From: Parcubacteria group bacterium Gr01-1014_20
GTDB lineage: Bacteria; Patescibacteriota; Minisyncoccia; UBA6257; 2-01-FULL-56-20
Assembly: GCA_007376265.1 (NCBI GenBank)
Contig: VMFW01000001.1
Coordinates: 2,455-66,454, forward strand
Direction of reading: 5' to 3'
DNA: 64,000 nucleotides
Every line of letters begins with the position of its first letter. Position 1 is the stretch's first letter. This document shows, one piece after another, positions 26,443 to 34,233 of this stretch. The translations under genes were made by a program, and so were the position numbers. Under the pieces are notes generated by a model. It was given only the letters and a program-made list of their open reading frames with translations, was not told the DNA's origin and did not search any database.

Positions 26443-28973
26443 GCATAAAGAAAGAAGAAGCAAGCGTCTATTTCGATGATCCGAGGCTCCGGATGGGCCT
26501 TTTCGGGCGGCTCACGGTCAGGGTGGCGGGGTACGTGGGGAATTTGGTTTTGGCGGTAGCTTGTTTTTCTTTGCTTTTTGCTTCGATTGGTTGGGCGCGT
26601 TATTTGGGACTTTTGTTTTTACTTTTCTTGATGGACAGATTTATTCATCGAGGAGAGGCGGACAAGCCTATTCCCGAGCGGCCAAAAGAGGGCCCGGTCA
26701 ACGTGGCGCTTTTTATGAGGCCGAGTGCTTTTTTGGCTCTCGAGAGGGCATACGATAAAAGTTTGATTTCAAAAACCAGCTTGTCCCTAGAGGCCCTAAG
26801 GGAGCTCTTGAACTTGCCGGAGATTCAAGAGGGTTTAGCAAGGATGGACGTCGAGCTTGGAGAGGTTAGGCAAAAGACCGAGGAGTTTTTACACCAAAGT
26901 GTTCAGATGATTCCGGGTGACCATAAACAAAAGAAAGAAGCGGCTCAAGAGATTGCCGTTAAGGCTTTTGAAATCGCCTCCCTTCATAACGATCAATTTG
27001 TTGAGCCCGCCAGCCTTTTTTCAGCCTTACCCCATACTTCGAAAGACGATTTTGTGAGTCGACTTTTTAATTTATTCGAGATTGAGAGCGACGACTTGGC
27101 CAAGGCGATGATGTTTGGGGTTTTAAAGAAACAGTTTTACTCAGTTGGGCGGATGCCGGGAAGTGTTGGGGAGTTTGTGAGGGGTCCGAAAAGAAGCTTG
27201 CGCCACCGGGTAATGAATCGAGCTTGGACGAGTCGGCCGACACCGACTTTGGATAGATATAGCTACGACTTAACCGATTTAGCGAGGCAAGAAAAAGTGG
27301 GTTTTCTAATTGGCCACAGGCTTGAGTTTGATAGATTGGTTGATGTGCTTTCTCGATCAGCGAATCCCAACGTGCTTTTGGTGGGTGAGGTAGGAGTGGG
27401 AAAGGAAACTTTGATTAGCCACCTGGCATTTCAGATCATTAAAGACAGGGTTCCGCCACCGCTTTTTGACAAACGATTAGTGTCCTTGAGTATCAGCAAC
27501 CTTGTGGCTGGAGCGGCGCCCGAGGAGCTTCAGGCCAGGTTGGATAGAATCATAAATGAGATCATTGCGGCTGGAAACATCATTCTCCACGTGCCGGATA
27601 TCCATAACTTAGTTAGAACTTCCGGGACGGCGTATCTCTCGGCCGCTGATGCCCTGATGCCGATATTTATGGATAATGCTTTTCCCATTATCGGGGCAAC
27701 TTTTCCCAAGGAGTATCGGGAAAACTTGGAGCCGAGGACTGATTTTAATGGGATTTTTGAAAGGATACAGGTTAGTGAAATAACTGAAGATGAGGCGGAA
27801 AGACTTTTGGTTTACGAGAGTTTGATTTTAGAGAGAGATTCGGGAGTGATGGTAACTTTCGGGGCGATTAAGAAAGCCGTGAAGCTGGCAAGAAAGTATT
27901 TTCGCAACAAGTTTTTACCGTCTTCTGCTGAAGAGCTCCTGAAGAACGCTTTGGCTGAAGCCAAAAGAAGAAAAGAGGTGGTGCTTGGACCAAACGAGAT
28001 TATTCGAACGGCCGAGGCTAAAGTTAATATTCCGATTCACGAGGCCTCGGAAGCGGAAGCTGCGGCGCTGGTTAACCTCGAAGAGATAATCCACGAGCGG
28101 CTAGTTGGTCAAGAGGAGGCGGTTCACGCAGTTGCAAACGTGCTTCGGGAGTATCGAAGCGGGCTTTCGAAGCCCGGAGGCCCAATTGCCAGCTTTCTTT
28201 TCGTTGGACCAACGGGAGTGGGCAAGACCGAGCTTTCCAAAATTTTGGCCAAGGTTCAGTTTGGCTCAATCGATCTCATGGTTCGCTTCGATATGTCCGA
28301 GTATCAGGACAAGCAGAGTTTTTATCGTTTCATCGGTTCGCCGGATGGGAAGATTTCCGGCGCCTTAACCGAAGCAATAACTCAAAAACCCTATAGCCTA
28401 ATTCTGCTCGATGAGTTCGAGAAAGCCTTTCCAGATATTTTGGATTTGTTTCTTCAGGTTTTTGACGATGGGAGGTTGACGGACAATTTGGGGCGGACGG
28501 TTGATTTCCAAAACACGATTATCATTGCGACCTCGAATGCTCAATCAGACATAATCAACGATGCTCTCCGACAAGGACAAACCATGAGTCAAATTGCGGA
28601 GTACTTAAAAAGTAAGCTAACTGATACTTTCAAACCGGAGCTTTTAAATCGTTTTTCGAAGATCGTGGTTTTCAATAATCTATCTCCTGGAGATCTCGAA
28701 AAAATAGCGCTGATTAATCTCAACGGTTTCTCAAAACTGGTGGCGGAGCAGGGGGTGGGATTGAAATTCAGTCTGGAGGCCGTTCGAGCGGTGGCGAAGC
28801 TCGGCTATGAGCCGGCTTTTGGAGCGCGACCGATTAATCGGGTGATTGAAGAGAGGCTCCGAGCTCCCTTGGCCGAGAAGATCCTAAAGCGGGAGGTTCA
28901 AAAAGGTAAAGAGTATCAGGTAACTTTCGAGGACGAGGCTTTCAAGTTTGTGCTTATGGAGAGAAATGGATAA
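26439..28973 (+). CDS. Membrane-anchored Clp/Hsp100-family AAA+ ATPase with a degenerate first nucleotide-binding domain
   Basis: Two N-terminal TM helices and Clp_N-like repeats. D1 reads GEVGVGKETL with no DE Walker B. D2 is canonical: GPTGVGKTELSK, LLDEFEKAFPDILDLFLQVFDDGRLTD, sensor-2. No IGF/IGL ClpP-docking loop seen. Confidence 0.8.
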   Translation: MSIKKEEASVYFDDPRLRMGLFGRLTVRVAGYVGNLVLAVACFSLLFASIGWARYLGLLFLLFLMDRFIHRGEADKPIPERPKEGPVNVALFMRPSAFLALERAYDKSLISKTSLSLEALRELLNLPEIQEGLARMDVELGEVRQKTEEFLHQSVQMIPGDHKQKKEAAQEIAVKAFEIASLHNDQFVEPASLFSALPHTSKDDFVSRLFNLFEIESDDLAKAMMFGVLKKQFYSVGRMPGSVGEFVRGPKRSLRHRVMNRAWTSRPTPTLDRYSYDLTDLARQEKVGFLIGHRLEFDRLVDVLSRSANPNVLLVGEVGVGKETLISHLAFQIIKDRVPPPLFDKRLVSLSISNLVAGAAPEELQARLDRIINEIIAAGNIILHVPDIHNLVRTSGTAYLSAADALMPIFMDNAFPIIGATFPKEYRENLEPRTDFNGIFERIQVSEITEDEAERLLVYESLILERDSGVMVTFGAIKKAVKLARKYFRNKFLPSSAEELLKNALAEAKRRKEVVLGPNEIIRTAEAKVNIPIHEASEAEAAALVNLEEIIHERLVGQEEAVHAVANVLREYRSGLSKPGGPIASFLFVGPTGVGKTELSKILAKVQFGSIDLMVRFDMSEYQDKQSFYRFIGSPDGKISGALTEAITQKPYSLILLDEFEKAFPDILDLFLQVFDDGRLTDNLGRTVDFQNTIIIATSNAQSDIINDALRQGQTMSQIAEYLKSKLTDTFKPELLNRFSKIVVFNNLSPGDLEKIALINLNGFSKLVAEQGVGLKFSLEAVRAVAKLGYEPAFGARPINRVIEERLRAPLAEKILKREVQKGKEYQVTFEDEAFKFVLMERNG

Positions 28974-28982
28974 AATAGGTGA

Positions 28983-29639
28983 GTGAGGATTAAAATAAAC
29001 GTTGATTTAAGGGTTGGGCGAGTCATTAAGTATTTTATTTTAGCGGACCTGGCGCTTTTAGCGGGTTGGGGCTTGGTGGGGCCGATCTTCTCTGTGTTTG
29101 TGATTGAGAGGGTGGCCGGGGCGACACTCGTGACCGTGGGGATTGCGGCCGGGATTTACTGGGTTTTAAAGTCCCTTCTTCAACTGCCGATAGCCACCTA
29201 CTTAGACAAAAAAGAGGGCGAAAGGGATGATTTTCTAGCTCTCATAATCGGGCTTTTTGTCTCCGCTTTCACGGCCATTGCTTACAACTTTATCACTCAA
29301 GTTTGGCATCTGTATTTAGTTGAGATTATCCATGCGATGGCTTTCGCTCTTTACGTTCCAGCCTGGTCGGCGATGTTTTCACGACACGTGGATAAAGATA
29401 GGGTTTCTTTCGACTGGTCGCTCGACAGCACGGTGGCGGGCTTGTCCGCGGGGGTGAGTGGTATTTTGGGAGGGGCGGTCGCAAGCGCGTGGGGTTTCCA
29501 TTGGGTTTTTATCCTAGCCGGCATATTTTCGGCCGTTTCAGCGTTTGTGCTTATTATGGCGCCGGATTTTATTTTTCCTCCACGGACAACCGAGAATCCA
29601 GTGATTAAGGATCATACGCCGGCGAATATCAGTCACTAA
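28983..29639 (+). CDS. Six-TM membrane protein resembling the C-terminal half of an MFS transporter
   Basis: GTG start, 218 aa, 6 TM helices. Confidence 0.4.
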   Translation: MRIKINVDLRVGRVIKYFILADLALLAGWGLVGPIFSVFVIERVAGATLVTVGIAAGIYWVLKSLLQLPIATYLDKKEGERDDFLALIIGLFVSAFTAIAYNFITQVWHLYLVEIIHAMAFALYVPAWSAMFSRHVDKDRVSFDWSLDSTVAGLSAGVSGILGGAVASAWGFHWVFILAGIFSAVSAFVLIMAPDFIFPPRTTENPVIKDHTPANISH

Positions 29640-29649
29640 AAAAGTAACA

Positions 29650-30174
29650 ATGGATCAAGAAATTTCAGCGGGAATAGTGGTTTACCGAAGGACTCAAGAA
29701 GGACCCAAGTTTTTGGTGCTTTACCACGGCCATAATTACTGGAACTTTGCTAAGGGTAAAATTGAGAGTGAGGAGAAAAGTTTTGCCGCCGCTCTCCGCG
29801 AAACGAGAGAGGAGACGGGGCTTGGGGAGAAAGACCTAAGGATCACGCGAAACTTTAAGGCTTACGAGCGATTTCACTTTAGGCGTTCTGGCAAGCAGGT
29901 TTTCAAGATCGTTATTTTTTATATGGCGGAGACCACGAAGCACGAGATAAAGATCTCTCACGAGCATCAAGGCTACGCCTGGTTTTTGTATAATGAAGCT
30001 AAGGGTATTTTAGGGAAGTATAAAGACAGCCAAAAAGTTTTAAGAAAAGCTTATGAACACCTTCGTCCAAAAAGTGATCGCAGTCGTCCGGCGAATCCCC
30101 AAAGGCCAAACCCGAACCTACCAGGAGGTGGCGCGCCGCGCCGGATCCCCCCGAGCGTACCGGGCAGTCGGTAA
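29650..30174 (+). CDS. NUDIX hydrolase
   Basis: Nudix box GKIESEEKSFAAALRETREETGL. The last ~40 codons overlap the next gene and read as low-complexity Pro/Arg sequence. Confidence 0.8.
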   Translation: MDQEISAGIVVYRRTQEGPKFLVLYHGHNYWNFAKGKIESEEKSFAAALRETREETGLGEKDLRITRNFKAYERFHFRRSGKQVFKIVIFYMAETTKHEIKISHEHQGYAWFLYNEAKGILGKYKDSQKVLRKAYEHLRPKSDRSRPANPQRPNPNLPGGGAPRRIPPSVPGSR

Positions 30175-30313
30175 TATTTTGAATCGCCACGGGGGGATGG
30201 AAAAAGGCATTCCGTGTCATCGAGTCATTAAGTCTGACGGGAGTGTGGGGGGTTATGCTTGGGGGTCAAAGAAGAAAGAAAAATTATTAAGGAAAGAAGG
30301 AGCCATTTTCTGA
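30053..30313 (+). CDS. Standalone MGMT/Ogt C-terminal domain protein (methylated-DNA-protein-cysteine methyltransferase family)
   Basis: PCHRV active-site motif and a TYQEVA helix. Confidence 0.8.
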   Translation: MNTFVQKVIAVVRRIPKGQTRTYQEVARRAGSPRAYRAVGNILNRHGGMEKGIPCHRVIKSDGSVGGYAWGSKKKEKLLRKEGAIF

Positions 30314-30331
30314 GGTGGCGGCTTTTCGGTG

Positions 30332-30360
30332 TTGACTTGTGTTGAGATGTTTTTTATCCT
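30332..30360 (+). promoter_or_regulatory. Sigma-70-type promoter for the HTH gene
   Basis: TTGACT, 17-nt spacer, TATCCT; strong SD AAGGAGG before the ATG at 30403. Confidence 0.5.
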
Positions 30361-30402
30361 GAACCAAGCCAAAATAAGGAGGGTGACGATGAGGAGGAAG
30401 AC

Positions 30403-30633
30403 ATGAAAAGATGCGGGGGAATGGTTGAACTTTCTAGCTTTCGGGAGCTGCTAGCGAGTTTGATTGACGCCAAGTTTAGCTCTCGAAACGCGTTTTGTGA
30501 TGTGATGAGGCTAGATCGAGGGCAGTTAAGCCGTGTTTTGGCTGGAACAAGCAGCTTTTCGGTCGAGGCCTTAGAGAGAGTTTTCAGCTCTTTGGGTTAC
30601 TCTGTGGTTTTGGTGCCGAAAAAGGAACCTTAG
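30403..30633 (+). CDS. Small XRE/Cro-type helix-turn-helix DNA-binding protein
   Basis: 76 aa with the HTH pattern SRNAFCDVMRLDRGQLSRVLAG. Confidence 0.6.
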   Translation: MKRCGGMVELSSFRELLASLIDAKFSSRNAFCDVMRLDRGQLSRVLAGTSSFSVEALERVFSSLGYSVVLVPKKEP

Positions 30634-30666
30634 GGTCGACTCAGCCACAAACAAAAAAGCCATCGT

Positions 30667-31014
30667 TTAAGAGATGGCTTTTTCTATGACTTTTTTGAAG
30701 ACGGCGGGTTCATGTTCGGCAAGGTCGGCCAGGATCTTTCGGTCGAGTTTGATGTTTTTCTTTTTTAACGCCGCGATTAGTTTACTATAGCTAAGATTTT
30801 CAGCTCTAGCGGCGGCGTTGATTTTCACGTTCCAGAGGGCGCGAGCGGTTCGCTTTTTTTCTTTGCGGCCGCGGAATTTTCTCGAGAGGGCGTGGAGCAG
30901 GGCTTCCTTAGCGGCGCGTTCTTTAGATTTGCGGCCCCAGCGAAAACCCTTGGTTTGCTTTAGGACTTTGGATCTCTTTCTCTTGGCGGTTGTGCCTCTT
31001 TTAACTCTGGGCAT
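30667..31014 (-). CDS. rplT: 50S ribosomal protein L20
   Basis: MPRVKRGTTAKRKRSKVLKQTKGF N-terminus. Confidence 0.95.
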   Translation of the reverse strand: MPRVKRGTTAKRKRSKVLKQTKGFRWGRKSKERAAKEALLHALSRKFRGRKEKKRTARALWNVKINAAARAENLSYSKLIAALKKKNIKLDRKILADLAEHEPAVFKKVIEKAIS

Positions 31015-31015
31015 T

Positions 31016-31195
31016 TTAGTAGTTTAGAATTTTTCTAGCGGGATAATTTAAGGAAGCCGGTCTCCTTTTTTGGCGTCGATTTTTTTTGGTCTTGGTGGTC
31101 TTAAAGTGGTCGATACCCATCGGTCGACGAATAAGTTTCCCTTGCCGAGTAATCCTTATTCTCTTGGTGACGCTTTTATTTGTTTTGTTAGCCAT
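31016..31195 (-). CDS. rpmI: 50S ribosomal protein L35
   Basis: Hand translation gives MANKTNKSVTKRIRITRQGKLIRRPMGIDHFKTTKTKKNRRQKRRPASLNYPARKILNY; sits between infC and rplT. Confidence 0.85.
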   Translation of the reverse strand: MANKTNKSVTKRIRITRQGKLIRRPMGIDHFKTTKTKKNRRQKRRPASLNYPARKILNY

Positions 31196-31268
31196 GGCTT
31201 AAATCGTACAACGTTAACACGTAGCGGATATGTTACTCTCTTTGACCTAGTTGGTCAAATCCAAAGAG

Positions 31269-31790
31269 TTATTTTTTGGCAATCTGGAGATTTAGTCCGT
31301 AACCGCCGAATTTGGGGGCGCCCAGAACTTTGTGTTCAATAGTGATCATCTTCAGGAATTCGGCGAGTTTTTGATTGGCCCACTCTCGGTTGTATTTTTC
31401 ACGACCCCGAAGGCGCAGGGCAATCTCGATGGGGTGGCCCTCGTTCATAAACTTTTCGAGCTGGTGGACTTTGATCAAGAGGTCGTTTTTTTGAGCTCGC
31501 GCGCTGATTTGAATTTGTTTTATTTCGGCCGTTTTTTGGGCAATGCGCTCTTTCTTCTCGGTTTTTTCCTTTTGATAGCGGTATTTGTCGTAACTCATCA
31601 CTTTTACGACCGGCGGAGTAGCAGTCGCAACCACCTCGATCAGGTCTAGGCCTTTTTGGTCGGCGATTTTTAGGGCACTCCCTAGCTTCATGACGCCTAG
31701 GGCCTCACCTTTTTCGTCTATAAGCCTTACCTCGGAGGCGGTAATTTCGTGGTTAAGGCGGGGTTTTTGAATTCTTGGGTTGATTCTCAC
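31269..31790 (-). CDS. infC: Translation initiation factor IF-3
   Basis: ASEVRLIDEKGEALGVMKL...LDLIEV motif; GTG start. Confidence 0.9.
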   Translation of the reverse strand: MRINPRIQKPRLNHEITASEVRLIDEKGEALGVMKLGSALKIADQKGLDLIEVVATATPPVVKVMSYDKYRYQKEKTEKKERIAQKTAEIKQIQISARAQKNDLLIKVHQLEKFMNEGHPIEIALRLRGREKYNREWANQKLAEFLKMITIEHKVLGAPKFGGYGLNLQIAKK

Positions 31791-31849
31791 TATATGGGTC
31801 TTTGGGGGTATTTTAAAGTATTAATGGCGACTAGTAAATATTGAAGGCA

Positions 31850-32096
31850 AAAAAATAATACCCCAGCCCTTATTGAAGAGCCGGGGTATTTTAAGCTACT
31901 CGCCATAAAACGGCTTGATTCCATGCCGGTTTTGGCGGCGAACAGGGAAACGACGGCCCCGGTGCTTGCCTTCCCGCCTGACCCTTTTTGGATTGGGGGT
32001 TAGAGGGTTGCGGAACAGATCTCGGGCTTCGGCAAAGCTCTTCACGAGCCACCTCCTACTGGTGAGGGTTTGGGGCCTTAAAACTTGGTGAGTACT
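31850..32096 (-). ncRNA. ffs: Candidate SRP RNA (4.5S/scRNA-like); boundaries approximate
   Basis: Minus-strand promoter TTGCCA-N17-TAAAAT at 32104-32132. Minus-strand terminator (7-bp stem plus U run) at about 31847-31893. Internal GUCAGGCGGGAAGGCAAGCACC resembles the SRP helix-8 consensus CAGG..GGAAGG.AGCAGCC. Confidence 0.45.
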
Positions 32097-32421
32097 AAAG
32101 ATTATTTTATTAGAAAGAATTTGTTTTGGCAACAGGAGCCAAGAGCGTAAAAGAAAAGGACCTCTAGGGGAGGTCCTTAATACTTATATAGTTCAGGATG
32201 ACATGTCATCCCAATGAGCGTGGTCTGGAGTAATTTTTTAAGGATCTGATTTAATCTTAGAGGAATGCGGCAAGTCGTCAAATGCCGGATTGGGGACAAC
32301 TTTTCGCTCACTTGGGCTAAAGGTTGCCTGCCTGCGAGAGCTTCCCGGAAAACAAATGCTCGCTTTGAGATAAAAAAATGAGCCGGGTCAACGTGAAGTT
32401 GTTCCGGCCCATAGGTTTTTT

Positions 32422-33078
32422 CTATCCTTCCTTATTGAGGAATGCTTGGACGACCTCAGCTGGGGTTCGCTTATCGGTTCCGGCGATCTTGGCGATGGTG
32501 GTCAAGGCGCTTAAGTAGCGACCTGCCAGCTTATTCTGTGCCGGAGTTGCCTGACCAGTAGACTCATCCCTGCAAAAGTCGTAGTGTTTCTTCGCCCACG
32601 CATTGTAGTAGGCGACTGACTGAATGTCGTCCAGGATGTCCCACCAGTCCCAGTCCGATGGGTAGAGTTCGCGGAGGCCAAGTTCCTCAACCCATTTCTC
32701 TACTATTGGTTGATCTGCCTCCGGATAGGTGTACTGGTGTGGAGCAACCGTTGCTTTGAGAAAAAGCGAAAAGTCGTAAAGCTGGCATGCCTCCCCATCT
32801 GTCAGCGACGCACCCGTCTTCAATTTGGCTAAGAGAACCACGCAATCATGAATGGTCATCTTCCGGAGGTCGTAGACATATTCCGCTTGAGCTCCTTCTT
32901 TAGCCCAGAGATCCACCTCTTCCGGATCCCCTCCAAAGTCAGCGATGTTCCTTTTTATATGCTCTACGAACAAAGCGACTGAATCGAAGGCAGGGGTTAC
33001 GAATTGATCCACTGTGCTGTTAAAGGCGACATATAGTGTGCCTTTGTCCGTCAACAACCTTCTAACGCTTGTGCCCAA
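32422..33078 (-). CDS. Hypothetical protein (about 50% GC, slightly above local background)
   Basis: 218 aa ORF with a terminator-like hairpin downstream; no recognisable motifs. Confidence 0.45.
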   Translation of the reverse strand: MGTSVRRLLTDKGTLYVAFNSTVDQFVTPAFDSVALFVEHIKRNIADFGGDPEEVDLWAKEGAQAEYVYDLRKMTIHDCVVLLAKLKTGASLTDGEACQLYDFSLFLKATVAPHQYTYPEADQPIVEKWVEELGLRELYPSDWDWWDILDDIQSVAYYNAWAKKHYDFCRDESTGQATPAQNKLAGRYLSALTTIAKIAGTDKRTPAEVVQAFLNKEG

Positions 33079-33379
33079 TGTTATCGCCGTCCTTTCTTCG
33101 GAAAACGAAATTTTAAAGGCGTGAATTTACTGGGAGTGATAGTATCACCTTGCTCTACTGTTTGTCAATGGGGGGTTAGTTGTTGGAGGTTCAGATCGGA
33201 GCATAATAACCCAGAGCACAAGACCCCGCCCTTGGGTGGATTTTTGTTAGCGGTGTTTTGGTGGAGATAGGGGAATTTCACTGCCTACCTTGAAGGAAGC
33301 TCCGACGTGATAGTCGGAGCACTCGTTTTGCAAACAAAAAAATACCGTGATCAATCGGTATTTTTTGTGCAAAACTGAG

Positions 33380-33695
33380 TGGAGATGGGCGGAATTGAAC
33401 CGCCGTGTAAGGGTATTGCCGCTAAATCATCTACGAGTGTATTTCCGCCGAAGCGAAAAAGGTTTGATTCATTGTCTCGTTCCTAAACCAGAATCATCGT
33501 TTAGAAACCAGTCTTCGGTATAACACCGCGATTAGCCAGAGAAGACTACCCAGCTAGGCGATGCCGAGTTTAAGCGTAAGCTAGGCTCGGAGCTGCAACT
33601 TTGTTGTTGGCAGTTATAAATTTTTTTGTCGGATTAACGAGACGACGCTCGACTCGCAATTCAGAACTTTACCCCTATCGAAGCCATTCATCCCC
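33380..33695 (-). ncRNA. ssrA: tmRNA (SsrA)
   Basis: 5' end GGGGATGAATGGCTTCGATAGGGG; 3' tRNA-like end GGCGGTTCAATTCCGCC-CATCTCC-A pairs with the 5' end including a G3-U wobble. Internal tag ORF GCC AAC AAC AAA GTT GCA GCT CCG AGC CTA GCT TAC GCT TAA gives ANNKVAAPSLAYA. Terminator hairpin downstream at about 33330-33365. Confidence 0.8.
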
Positions 33696-33703
33696 GAGCT
33701 CGC

Positions 33704-33732
33704 AGTTTACCACTTAATTTTATAAAAGTCAA
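33704..33732 (-). promoter_or_regulatory. Sigma-70-type promoter for ssrA
   Basis: Minus strand reads TTGACT-N17-TAAACT, with 8 nt to the tmRNA 5' G. Confidence 0.55.
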
Positions 33733-33744
33733 GATTAAAAAATC

Positions 33745-33778
33745 CCCAGAGCACGCGTTTGTGCTCTGGGGAATGGTT
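33745..33778 (-). terminator. Terminator for the GC-rich small gene
   Basis: ccccagagcac gcgttt gtgctctgggg 11-bp stem with a U run on the minus strand. Confidence 0.6.
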
Positions 33779-33799
33779 TGACTAGTCGTCTGTGGCAGA

Positions 33800-34078
33800 C
33801 TAGTTGGGCATCGGACGGACCGAGACGCCGGAGTTGGAACACTCGAGACGAATCTTATCGTAGAGTGTCGCCGGGTCGGTGTTGACCAGGATCAGGTTCC
33901 TGGCGGTCGGAACATCGATGAGCGGGGAGTGGCCGACCTTCAGGCCCTCCGGGAAGACCCGATACGCCGTGCCGTTCGTCTGGTCGACCCAGACGCCGGG
34001 CTGGTTGATATCGGAGAACTTCGCGGCGGTGATGCTGAAGGCCTGCGCGTTGCCCGGGGGCGTGGTGGTCTCGTTCAT
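33800..34078 (-). CDS. Small hypothetical protein (92 aa) encoded in a sharply GC-rich islet
   Basis: Perfect SD AAGGAG 7 nt upstream; own promoter TTGACA-N16-TACTAT (34167-34194); own terminator. About 60% GC against about 46% in the flanks. Confidence 0.6.
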   Translation of the reverse strand: MNETTTPPGNAQAFSITAAKFSDINQPGVWVDQTNGTAYRVFPEGLKVGHSPLIDVPTARNLILVNTDPATLYDKIRLECSNSGVSVRPMPN

Positions 34079-34233
34079 TGTGACACTCTCCTTAAGTTAC
34101 GAACGCCTCCCTTGGGGAGGCTGTTTTTGCTACCCATCGGCACCTTACCAATGGCAAGCGGGGTTCATAGTAGCAAGCCCGTTTATTTTGTCAACTCGTG
34201 GGTAAGATAGGCGTAGAATTGTCGCTTTTTTGA

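Noticed and set aside
31896-32132. 78 aa Arg-rich minus-strand ORF upstream of infC
   Set aside because: Its start lies upstream of the mapped promoter. The composition is typical of translation across structured RNA. The region is better explained as an SRP-like ncRNA with its own promoter and terminator.
33879-34210. Two overlapping plus-strand ORFs (108 and 93 aa) in the GC-rich islet
   Set aside because: High GC inflates ORF length on all frames. The minus-strand 92 aa ORF has a perfect SD, promoter and terminator, whereas the plus-strand ORFs have none.
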